DNA of 64,000 nucleotides from an uncultured Clostridia bacterium (lineage in GTDB: Bacteria > Bacillota > Clostridia > Oscillospirales > CAG-272). Positions 32,063 through 39,584 of the stretch are shown here, one piece after another. Position numbers and translations under genes: made by a program. The notes below the pieces were generated by a model. That model was not told the DNA's origin and did no database searches. It saw only the letters and a program-made list of their open reading frames with translations. Positions within the stretch are counted from its first letter, which is position 1. The number at the start of each line of letters is the position of its first letter. The DNA lies in assembly GCA_947631245.1 (NCBI GenBank), contig CANRKP010000003.1, forward strand, positions 18,727 through 82,726, read 5' to 3'.

Positions 32063-34210
32063 TTAAGATACGATGCCCTCCGTTCCCGCGTCGCGCAGAA
32101 GCCCGCGCAGCACGGGGTGAGCCTCGAGCCCGGGGTCTTCCCCGAGCAGCGACGACGCATCCTCAAACGCCGCCTTCATCCTCTCCATGCCGCGCTCGTC
32201 GTCCGCCCTCGCGAGCGTGAAGCCGAAGCTGCCGCTCTGCCTCACAACTCCGTTCTGCGGCAGAAAATCGCCGGGTCCGCGCTGTTCGAGGTCGCGCTCC
32301 GCTATACGGAAGCCGTCGTGCTCGCGCCTCATCGTCAAGAGCCGCTCGCCCGCGCGCGTATCGGTTCCCGCCGCGTCCGAAACGAGCACACAGTACGACT
32401 TCGCGCTCCCCCTTCCTACGCGTCCGCGAAGCTGGTGCAGCTGCGAAAGCCCGAACCGCTCCGCGTTCTCGACCACCATAAGCGTCGCGTTCGGCACGTT
32501 GACGCCGACCTCGATGACGGTCGTCGAAACGAGTATCTTTATCTTTCCCGCGGAAAATTCCCTCATAACGGCGTCCTTCTCCGCGCCCTTCATCTTCCCG
32601 TGGACAAAGCCGACGGCAATATCGGGAAACACATTTTCCGACAGCTCCTTTGCGTATTCGACGGCGGATTTCAGATCCGCCCCGCCGCCGTCCTCAAAGC
32701 CGTCCTCGTCCTCCTCTCCGTCCCCGTCTCCCACGGCGGGGCAGACGATATACACCTGATGCCCCTCCTCGACCTGCTTCCGTATGAATTTGTTCAGCCT
32801 TTCGCGATAGCTCTCGCCGACCGCGAACGTGTCGACGGTCTGTCTTCCCTTCGGCATTTCGTCAATGACGGAAATGTCGAGGTCCCCGTACATCACAAGC
32901 GACAGCGTGCGCGGGATAGGCGTCGCGCTCATGACGAGCGTGTGCACGCCCTCTCCGCCCTTTTCCGACAGCGCCGCGCGCTGAAGCGCGCCGAAGCGGT
33001 GCTGCTCGTCGGTTATGACGAGCCCGAGGTCCGAAAACTCCACCTTGTCCTCGATGAGCGCGTGCGTGCCTATGACGAGGTCTGCTCTCGGCGCGCCCGC
33101 GCCTCTGCATTCCGCCAACGAGAGCCGCTTTTCGCGCGCCCCCATAGAGCCGACGAGCAGCGTCACGTTCATGCCGACGCCCGACAGCAGGCGGGAGAGA
33201 TCGTCATAGTGCTGGCGCGCGAGTATCTCCGTCGGCGCCATAAGCACGGTCTGCATCCCGTTTTTCGCCGTCATGTATGCCGCCGCCGCCGCGACCGCGG
33301 TCTTTCCGCAGCCGACGTCGCCGACGACGATGCGGCACATCGGTACGTTGTCAGATTCGCCGCCCTCATTCCCTCCGCATAAGTCCGCCTCTATTTCCCC
33401 TATCGCGCGCTTCTGCGCGCCCGTCAGCTCATATCCGAGCCTGTCCGTAAAAGGCGTCATGTCGACGCGGGAGAATCTTTTCGCCTTCGCCTGCCGCCTT
33501 TCGTCGCGCGAGAGCCTTATACGCACGGCGAAGAGAAAAAATTCGTCATACGTCAGCCTTCTGCGCGCGCGCTCGAGCATCTCCCCGTCCTCGGGAAAAT
33601 GTATGCCCGAAAGCGCGTACCGCAGCGTCGAAAGTCCCCTTTTCTCCCTTATCTCCTCGGGCAGAAAATCCGTCACCTCAGATAAAGTCTTGTCCGCCGC
33701 CTTTTTTACGAGCGAGCCCATCATCTTCTGCGAAAGACCCGCCGTCGTCGGATATATCGGCACGAGCGACCGCATTTCGTCCCCCGTGTATGGCTCAAAC
33801 GTCGGAGACGCCATCCTCGCGCCTCCGCGCTCGCGCGTCAGCTTTCCGAAAAAGCGGAAGCGGGAGCCGACGGGAAAGGAGTTTTTCAGATAATACTGAT
33901 TGAAAAATGTTATCTCGCAGACGCCGCTATCATCTTTCGCGCGGAAGCGGACGAGCGTCATGCCGCGCCGCACCGTCGTAACGGACGGCGCCGTCACGAC
34001 CGTGAGGATATAGGAATGCGCCTCGCCGTCAGGCATGTCGGAAACAAGGCGGACGTCTCCCCTGTCCTCATATCCGCGCGGGAAGTGGTAGATGAGGTCT
34101 CGGAGCGAATATATCCCGAGCTTGTGGAGCTGCCGCTCCCTCGCGCCGCCTGCCGTCACGCCCGAAAGCTCCGAGACGGGACGGCAGCCCCACTCGGCGC
34201 CGACGCTCAC
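32063..34210 (-). CDS. recG: ATP-dependent DNA helicase RecG
   Basis: GTG 34210 forms a GTGA overlap with the upstream stop. VSELSGVTAGGARERQLHKLGIYSLRDLIYHFPRGYEDRG is the RecG wedge N-terminus. GDVGCGKT Walker A, DEQHRFG, and helicase C motifs. The track ORF's extra 62 N-terminal aa overlap the upstream gene. Confidence 0.9.
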   Translation of the reverse strand: MSVGAEWGCRPVSELSGVTAGGARERQLHKLGIYSLRDLIYHFPRGYEDRGDVRLVSDMPDGEAHSYILTVVTAPSVTTVRRGMTLVRFRAKDDSGVCEITFFNQYYLKNSFPVGSRFRFFGKLTRERGGARMASPTFEPYTGDEMRSLVPIYPTTAGLSQKMMGSLVKKAADKTLSEVTDFLPEEIREKRGLSTLRYALSGIHFPEDGEMLERARRRLTYDEFFLFAVRIRLSRDERRQAKAKRFSRVDMTPFTDRLGYELTGAQKRAIGEIEADLCGGNEGGESDNVPMCRIVVGDVGCGKTAVAAAAAYMTAKNGMQTVLMAPTEILARQHYDDLSRLLSGVGMNVTLLVGSMGAREKRLSLAECRGAGAPRADLVIGTHALIEDKVEFSDLGLVITDEQHRFGALQRAALSEKGGEGVHTLVMSATPIPRTLSLVMYGDLDISVIDEMPKGRQTVDTFAVGESYRERLNKFIRKQVEEGHQVYIVCPAVGDGDGEEDEDGFEDGGGADLKSAVEYAKELSENVFPDIAVGFVHGKMKGAEKDAVMREFSAGKIKILVSTTVIEVGVNVPNATLMVVENAERFGLSQLHQLRGRVGRGSAKSYCVLVSDAAGTDTRAGERLLTMRREHDGFRIAERDLEQRGPGDFLPQNGVVRQSGSFGFTLARADDERGMERMKAAFEDASSLLGEDPGLEAHPVLRGLLRDAGTEGIVS

Positions 34211-35052
34211 TCGCCGACCTCCGCCGAACCTCCGGCGGGTATCGTGACTGTCTCGCCGCCGCAGAACGCGAAGAGCTCGGTCGAGGTCGGGTTGTACGCG
34301 CGGCTCCCGTCCGCGGAAAAGATGAGACGCCCGAACGCGTTTGCATAATCGCATATTTCTATATTCGTCGCGTACCAGACGTCGTCGCGCCCGCACACCC
34401 TGTCGAGCAGCCCCTCCATGACGTCCCAGTTGTCGTTGTCCTCAAACTCGTATGTATGCCCCCAAACGAAGAACAGGAGCGGGTCGCGGACGTTTTTCAC
34501 CGACGTGAACCTCTCCGCCAGCTCGAAGAGCTCGGGGTCGCGGTGGTGGCACGTCGCCTCAAGGCGCATCCAGTCCTGAGGGAGCGCAAAGCTGCGGCTC
34601 GACTTCACCGTGCGGCAGTACGCGATGCCCGCCGCGCGCAGCATCGCGACGACCTCGTCCGAGTACGTCCCGAACGGAAACGCGCCGCCTCTGACGAGCC
34701 TCCCGTACTGCTCCTCGAGCGCCCGCCTGTCGTTTATTATGTCCCACATTGCGACGTGCGGCGGAAGCGCGTCCCAAAACGGGTGATGCGTGCCGTGCAC
34801 GGCGACCTCTATGTCGTCTCCCGTATATACCTTTTGGCAAAGCGAGAGCGGCATCCTGCGGTGTACGGTCCCCGGCTCCCACGAAAAGCCCTCGGGCGGA
34901 TATTCGCCTGAGCTGAGATTGAACGTCATCTTCGCGCCCTTTTCTCTTGCAAGTTCAATGAGCTTCATATCCTGCTCGACGCCGTCGTCATAGCTGAGCG
35001 TGAACGCCCTAGGGCGTCCGCCCGGAAATCTCATGCGTATCTGCTGCTTCAT
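34207..35052 (-). CDS. polysaccharide deacetylase (CE4/NodB-fold) family protein
   Basis: 281 aa. FTLSYDDG motif and His-rich metal site (VHGTHHP). No signal peptide seen. Confidence 0.8.
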   Translation of the reverse strand: MKQQIRMRFPGGRPRAFTLSYDDGVEQDMKLIELAREKGAKMTFNLSSGEYPPEGFSWEPGTVHRRMPLSLCQKVYTGDDIEVAVHGTHHPFWDALPPHVAMWDIINDRRALEEQYGRLVRGGAFPFGTYSDEVVAMLRAAGIAYCRTVKSSRSFALPQDWMRLEATCHHRDPELFELAERFTSVKNVRDPLLFFVWGHTYEFEDNDNWDVMEGLLDRVCGRDDVWYATNIEICDYANAFGRLIFSADGSRAYNPTSTELFAFCGGETVTIPAGGSAEVGE

Positions 35053-35126
35053 TCTGCGCCTCCCGATTTTATTTGTCCCCGCCCGCCATATGAACTGCGA
35101 GCGCAGGTTTTTTATTATGAGGTGGG

Positions 35127-35199
35127 ACTTTACAAGTAAAGCGGAGCTTTACTTGTAAAGTTGAACTATATAGGTAAAGTTCACTTTACCTATATAGTT
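35127..35199. repeat. two adjacent perfect AT-rich palindromes (15-bp arms with 5-nt loop; 16-bp arms with 4-nt loop)
   Basis: Read on the minus strand: AACTATATAGGTAAAG-tgaa-CTTTACCTATATAGTT (35199-35164, containing the sdaA stop codon), then ACTTTACAAGTAAAG-ctccg-CTTTACTTGTAAAGT (35161-35127). Both share CTTTAC/GTAAAG. Confidence 0.9.
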
Positions 35200-36382
35200 T
35201 TGCAAGTCCGCCCTCTGCGGTCTCCCTGTAATGCGAATTCAAGTCGCGTCCCGTCTCGTACATCGTCGCCGTCACAAGGTCGAACGATATCTTCCTCGTG
35301 CCCGTCAGAAACCGCATGAGCATCACGGAGTCGAGCGCCCTCATCGCGGCGACCGCGTTCCGCTCGATGCAAGGTATCTGCACGAGCCCCGCGACGGGGT
35401 CGCACGTCAGCCCGAGCTGATGCTCCATCGCGGTCTCCGCCGCGTATTCTATCCTGTCTATCGACATGCCGTATAGCTCCGCTATCGCCCCCGCCGCCAT
35501 CGACGTTGCCGTCCCAATCTCCGCCTGACAGCCGCACTCCGCACCCGAGATGGACGCGTTCGTCTTGACTATATTGCCGAAAAGACCTCCGACGGCAAGC
35601 GCGCGGATTATGCGCTCGCGGTCAGCGTCCGCAAGCTCCGAACAGTATTTCAGCGCCGCCGGCAGAACGCCGCACGCGCCGCACGTCGGCGCCGTGACGA
35701 CTATCCCGCCGCCTGCGTTTTCCTCCGCGACGGCGTATGCGTATGCGCTGACGAGCCGCTTTTCCCTGTCCGCGTCGCGCTCGCCCGTGTAGCCTCCGCG
35801 GTAAAGCGAGCGCGCCTTGCGCTCGATGCCGAGCCCGCCGGGCAAAACCCCGACGGCAGAGACGCCCCTGTCGACGGCCGCCGTCATGGCGTCCCACACG
35901 CGCGAGAGGTAATCTTTTATCCCGTCCCCCTCGCGCATGAAGACATAGTCCGAAAGCCGCAGCCTCATCGACATGCAGAGACGCGATATTTCAAGAAACG
36001 AGCGTTCGGGGTATACCTCGCCCGCCTCATGCCGTTCCTCTCCCTCTATCTCGACGGCGCCGCCGCCGACGGACATCGCCCGCATCGTGAAAACCGGCTC
36101 CCCACCGCGAAGCGCCGTCAGGTCGAGCGTGTTCTCATGCGGCAAGCCGCTTTTTTCCGTATCAAATATTATCTCGCAGTCGAGGTCGCCGAGCGCGCTT
36201 TTTATCGCCGCGTCCGTCCCGTGCCCGCGCCCCGTCTTTGCGAGCGAGCCGTATAGGACGACGCGCGCGCCGTCCATGTCGGGCACGCGGCGCAGAAGCT
36301 CCTCTGCGGCGCGCGCGGGTCCCATCGAGTGCGAGCTCGACGGCCCGCGCCCTATCTTGTATAGCTCAGTCAGTGATTTCAT
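35186..36382 (-). CDS. sdaA: L-serine ammonia-lyase (iron-sulfur dependent, fused beta/alpha form)
   Basis: MKSLTELYKIGRGPSSSHSMGP N-terminus, with ..APTCGACG.. and ..GAECGCQAE.. cluster ligands. ATG 36382 is preferred over TTG 36397. Confidence 0.9.
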   Translation of the reverse strand: MKSLTELYKIGRGPSSSHSMGPARAAEELLRRVPDMDGARVVLYGSLAKTGRGHGTDAAIKSALGDLDCEIIFDTEKSGLPHENTLDLTALRGGEPVFTMRAMSVGGGAVEIEGEERHEAGEVYPERSFLEISRLCMSMRLRLSDYVFMREGDGIKDYLSRVWDAMTAAVDRGVSAVGVLPGGLGIERKARSLYRGGYTGERDADREKRLVSAYAYAVAEENAGGGIVVTAPTCGACGVLPAALKYCSELADADRERIIRALAVGGLFGNIVKTNASISGAECGCQAEIGTATSMAAGAIAELYGMSIDRIEYAAETAMEHQLGLTCDPVAGLVQIPCIERNAVAAMRALDSVMLMRFLTGTRKISFDLVTATMYETGRDLNSHYRETAEGGLAKLYR

Positions 36383-36544
36383 TTTTCTGTCCGGCAAAAG
36401 GTGTCGTTTTACAATTTAAGTATAACAGAAACCGGCGGAGTTTTCCACCGGTTTTTTGTCGATTTTTTAAATTTGCCCCGCGCTTCTTTCTTCGGCGCCG
36501 CCGGAGGCGGACCTTATGATGTCCGCATCGGGTGCCGCAGGCTA

Positions 36545-36573
36545 TTGAAAATCCGCGTTGGGTGTGCTATACT
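36545..36573 (+). promoter_or_regulatory. near-consensus extended -10 promoter (TTGAAA-17-TGcTATACT) with no downstream CDS
   Basis: TTGAAA at 36545-36550 and TATACT at 36568-36573, preceded by TGc. Confidence 0.55.
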
Positions 36574-36579
36574 ATGTAT

Positions 36580-36681
36580 GTTTCGAGAACGATAAAATGC
36601 GGTCGCAGAGTGAGAAACTCTGCGACCGTGTGGAGAGATATATAAAAAGCGTGCTCGCGTGAAAAACGAGCGCGCTTTTTG
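36580..36681 (+). ncRNA. candidate small RNA of about 100 nt (promoter + 12-bp hairpin + terminator)
   Basis: Hairpin GCGGTCGCAGAG-tgagaaa-CTCTGCGACCGT at 36599-36629. Terminator AGCGTGCTCG-loop-CGAGCGCGCT plus TTTTT at 36648-36680. No ORF with an RBS. Confidence 0.4.
36648..36680. terminator. bidirectional rho-independent terminator (spoVAC on minus, candidate sRNA on plus)
   Basis: 10-bp GC-rich stem flanked by an A-run (36644-36648) and a T-run (36676-36680). Confidence 0.75.
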
Positions 36682-36701
36682 TCGCTTTTGAAGAGCGTGT
36701 T

Positions 36702-37148
36702 TTATCCTCCGAGCGTGAAGAGCCAATATATGACGCCGTACGCCGCGCCTGTCAGTATACCGTAGAGGATGACGGGACCCGCTATCGTGAATATCTTCGC
36801 GCCGACGCCGAGCACCCACCCTTCCGCCTTATTGTCTATCGCGGGCGAGACGACGGAATTTGCAAATCCCGTTATCGGCACGAGCGTTCCGGCGCCCGCC
36901 CACTTCGCTATTCTGTCAAAAACTCCGATGCCCGTAAGGAGCGCCGCCAAAAACACAAGCGTTATCGACGCGTATATCGCCGCGTCCTCCTTTTCCGCGC
37001 CGAGCGCGCCGTAAAGCGCGCCTAAAAGCTCCCCTATCGTACAGATGAGCCCGCCGACAAGAAACGCGTGTACGCAGTTTTTCGCGCACGGCGATTTTTT
37101 CGCCGACTTGTCGGCGAATTTTTTATATTCCTCGTTTGAAATGTTCAT
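36702..37148 (-). CDS. spoVAC: stage V sporulation protein AC
   Basis: ATG 37148: MNISNEEYKKFADKSAKKSPCAKNCVHAFLVGGLICTIGE.., a 4-TM SpoVAC pattern. Confidence 0.9.
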   Translation of the reverse strand: MNISNEEYKKFADKSAKKSPCAKNCVHAFLVGGLICTIGELLGALYGALGAEKEDAAIYASITLVFLAALLTGIGVFDRIAKWAGAGTLVPITGFANSVVSPAIDNKAEGWVLGVGAKIFTIAGPVILYGILTGAAYGVIYWLFTLGG

Positions 37149-37182
37149 TTTTCTCTTTCCTTTTCTCAAAAGGTCCTGACAT

Positions 37183-37213
37183 TATTATTCTCGTCTTCCC
37201 CGCCGCATATTCA
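37183..37213 (-). promoter_or_regulatory. possible forespore (sigma-G/F-like) promoter of spoVAC
   Basis: On the minus strand, TGAATA-17-GAATAATA about 35 nt upstream of the ATG. It resembles GnATA..CATnnTA only loosely. Confidence 0.25.
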
Positions 37214-37236
37214 CGGCGGGCGGCGACATATTTCGT

Positions 37237-37265
37237 TTGACAATTCGCCCGCGCCGCCGTATAAT
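37237..37265 (+). promoter_or_regulatory. consensus sigma-A promoter (TTGACA-17-TATAAT)
   Basis: TTGACA at 37237-37242 and TATAAT at 37260-37265. A GGAG RBS sits 8 nt before GTG 37313. Confidence 0.7.
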
Positions 37266-37312
37266 GATATCGTAAACGAACGCTTTTTAAAACGCAAAAA
37301 GGAGATCACGCT

Positions 37313-37672
37313 GTGACATTTTGGGATGACGTATCAAAAACGGCGACGGACGCCGCAAATTTCACGGTCAAAAAGGCGGGAGAACTGACGAACGCCGCGA
37401 AGGTGAGATACCGCCTCCACCTCGCGGAAACAAAGCTCGCGATGACGTATGAGGGCATCGGCCGCCTCTATTACAGCGCCGTCATGGACGGCGACGAGAC
37501 GACGGAGGCAATATCCGACCTCATGGCGGACATAACGGAGATCAACGCCGAGATCGCCGACTGCAAGGCGCAGCTCGCCGATTTCAAAAACCACCGCCTC
37601 TGCCCGAAGTGCGGCGCGGAGATTCCCGCCGACTCCTCGTTCTGCAAAAACTGCGGCGCGAAGGTTGAGTAA
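37313..37672 (+). CDS. coiled-coil protein with C-terminal zinc ribbon
   Basis: 119 aa ending CPKCGAEIPADSSFCKNCGAKVE. Good promoter and RBS. Confidence 0.75.
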   Translation: MTFWDDVSKTATDAANFTVKKAGELTNAAKVRYRLHLAETKLAMTYEGIGRLYYSAVMDGDETTEAISDLMADITEINAEIADCKAQLADFKNHRLCPKCGAEIPADSSFCKNCGAKVE

Positions 37673-37768
37673 ATACATTATGCGAGGGGGAAGGTTTCAG
37701 CGCGTCTGCGACGGCGCCGAAAACTTCCCCCTCGCGCTCTCCTTTTAAAGCTTTTATGAAAGGGGTTT

Positions 37769-39181
37769 TTATTTGTTTTCGTTTTGGGATTTGCCTTTGA
37801 TTTCGTCGAGCTCCTGACGGGTGATGACCGTGCGGTACATGCGCGAGTCCTGATCTTTTTTGATATAGACGAAGGCCTCCATCTTTGATATAAGGCGCTC
37901 TGCCTCACCGTAGCTGACGCGGAGCTTTTGCTGCAAGCGCGAGTTCGATATTTTTCCCTCGCTTACCGCGAGCTCGAGCGCCTCCGCAAAGAGCGCGTCG
38001 TCATCGGCGTCGTTCCTTTCTTTGCCGCCGGATCCGTTCTGCGAGCCGAACGCGCGCTCCATCGCCTTGTTGACCTTGCGGCTTATCTGCTCTCCGAGCA
38101 TCGAAAAGTCGGGGATATCGAAGCTTATGTGCTCCACGCGCCCGGACTGTTTTCCGACGTTTGCGCCGTCGGCGGAAACTCTCCCGCCGATGCTTCCGCA
38201 TTCAACGCCGCCTCCCGCCTCGACGCTGCCCTCAACGTCGTTGCATTCGACATCACCGCCTGCGGAAATATCCCCATCGACGTCGCCGCAGTTCACATCT
38301 CCGCCCGCGCAAATATCACCGTCTACATTCCCGCAGCTCACATCTCCTCCGGCTGACAGACTGCCGCTGACGTCGCCGCAGTTTACGTCGCCGCCCGCAG
38401 ACGCACCTCCGCAGACAGCGCCGCAGTTCACATCTCCGTTTGCGGACGCGCTGCCGCCGACGCCGCCGCAGTTCACGTCGCCCCCCGCGGACACACTTCC
38501 GCCGACACCGCCGCAGCTCACGTCGCCGCCCGCCTTCACGGATCCGTTGACGGACGCGCCGTTTACCGTCACGTCGCCGCCGACATTTAAGGACACGGAC
38601 ATGCCCTTCTTGTTTTCACCGATTTCGATATCCGCGTCGCCCCATATTTCGACCTTTATTTCTCCGTGACCTGCGGCGTCCGAGAGCGCAAGCGGTATCC
38701 TCTCGCCCGCGTCCGCGAATTCGCTTTTCCCGAGCGGGCGCTTTCCCAAAAACTGCACGACGCGCAGAACGCCGTCGTCGCGTATGCCCGGTATGTCCTC
38801 TCCGCCGAAAACATCCGTCAGCGTCCCCTCTCCCGTGCTCATGTGCACGTCGACGCTTTCGATGTCCTCGCGCCTGACGCCGAATTTCTCCGCCACCGCC
38901 GAAAGCAGCCTTTCGTCCGCGTTCGCAGTGTCTTTCGTATCCTCTGCTTTATCCGTATCGGGCTCCGAGCTCGCCTCCGCACCCTCGCGCAGAAGCGCGT
39001 CTATCGTAACGCCGAACGTGTCCGCTATGATTTCCAATAGCTCTATGTCCGGGTACGACTGCGCGCACTCCCACTTTGACACGGCCTGCACGCTGACGCC
39101 GCAGACCGCCGCGAGCTGCTCCTGGCTCATGCCCCGCTGCCTGCGCTTTTCCTTCAGCCTTAACGCGAAAGTGTCTCTCAT
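37769..39181 (-). CDS. XRE-family HTH protein fused to a 15-residue Cys-containing Gly/Asp/Val repeat array and a C-terminal FtsK-gamma-like winged helix
   Basis: ATG 39181 behind a GGAGG RBS. N-terminal LKEKRRQRGMSQEQLAAVCGVSVQAVSKWE. Residues about 201-338 are GGDVxCGxVxGSxSA repeats. The C-terminal DALFAEALELAVSEGKISNSRLQQKLRVSYGEAERLISKME resembles FtsK gamma. Confidence 0.8.
   Translation of the reverse strand: MRDTFALRLKEKRRQRGMSQEQLAAVCGVSVQAVSKWECAQSYPDIELLEIIADTFGVTIDALLREGAEASSEPDTDKAEDTKDTANADERLLSAVAEKFGVRREDIESVDVHMSTGEGTLTDVFGGEDIPGIRDDGVLRVVQFLGKRPLGKSEFADAGERIPLALSDAAGHGEIKVEIWGDADIEIGENKKGMSVSLNVGGDVTVNGASVNGSVKAGGDVSCGGVGGSVSAGGDVNCGGVGGSASANGDVNCGAVCGGASAGGDVNCGDVSGSLSAGGDVSCGNVDGDICAGGDVNCGDVDGDISAGGDVECNDVEGSVEAGGGVECGSIGGRVSADGANVGKQSGRVEHISFDIPDFSMLGEQISRKVNKAMERAFGSQNGSGGKERNDADDDALFAEALELAVSEGKISNSRLQQKLRVSYGEAERLISKMEAFVYIKKDQDSRMYRTVITRQELDEIKGKSQNENK
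38168..38581 (-). repeat. in-frame 45-bp tandem repeats (about 9 units) encoding the Cys-ladder array
   Basis: Cys at residues 223, 238, 253, 268, 283, 298, 313 and 328, i.e. exact 15-aa spacing. The GGDV(N/S)CG core recurs. Confidence 0.85.
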
Positions 39182-39373
39182 GGTATATTCCTCCGTTTCA
39201 TTCTTCCCGTCTGCCGCAGATGGCGCGCATTCCGCCCGCCCCTGAGGCGTTTTCTTTTTTCTTCCGAAACAAAATTTCATAGTTCGGTCTCCGCTCGTTT
39301 TTTCGCGCTTCCCCGTGAGCTCCCGGCGTCCCGCCTATGAAAACAGCGTAACCGAAACGGCGAAAAAAGTCAA

Positions 39374-39461
39374 TCAACAATTTGTTGAAGCGGCGTTTCA
39401 ACCGTTGGTTGATACACTTTTATCATACACCGTGAAGATAAGTATGTCAACCGGCGGTTGA
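39374..39461. promoter_or_regulatory. three TCAAC-N-GTTGA palindromes (candidate operators)
   Basis: TCAACAATTTGTTGA (39374-39388), TCAACCGTTGGTTGA (39398-39412), TCAACCGGCGGTTGA (39447-39461). Confidence 0.55.
39422..39450 (-). promoter_or_regulatory. sigma-A promoter for the XRE/Cys-ladder gene (TTGACA-17-TATGAT)
   Basis: On the minus strand, TTGACA at 39450-39445 overlaps the third palindrome. TATGAT at 39427-39422. Confidence 0.55.
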
Positions 39462-39521
39462 ACAGCCAAAAAATCACCCCTCATATCGCAGGATTTTCTA
39501 CTTTCGGATCTAAAATTAAGG

Positions 39522-39549
39522 TTGAAAAAAGCTCCGCGGCGTGTATAAT
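39522..39549 (+). promoter_or_regulatory. sigma-A promoter for the two-component system (TTGAAA-16-TATAAT)
   Basis: TTGAAA at 39522-39527 and TATAAT at 39544-39549. An AAGGAG RBS precedes ATG 39585. Confidence 0.6.
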
Positions 39550-39584
39550 ATATAGTAATATGTAAAAAGGAGCGTGGCGGGCAT

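Noticed and set aside
32063-34396. Long N-terminal extensions in the ORF track (recG 777 aa; also 714..1424, 17202..18239, 21919..22884, 22413..23786, 28354..29463, 37769..39280, 9015..10553)
   Set aside because: The extensions are Arg-rich, overlap the upstream gene, and often begin at TTG or GTG without an RBS. Internal starts with Shine-Dalgarno sequences give canonical N-termini, so I trimmed the calls.
38168-38581. Regularly spaced 45-bp repeats as a possible CRISPR array
   Set aside because: The repeats are contiguous with no unique spacers and lie in frame inside a long ORF. They encode a Gly/Asp/Val/Cys protein repeat. No cas genes are present.
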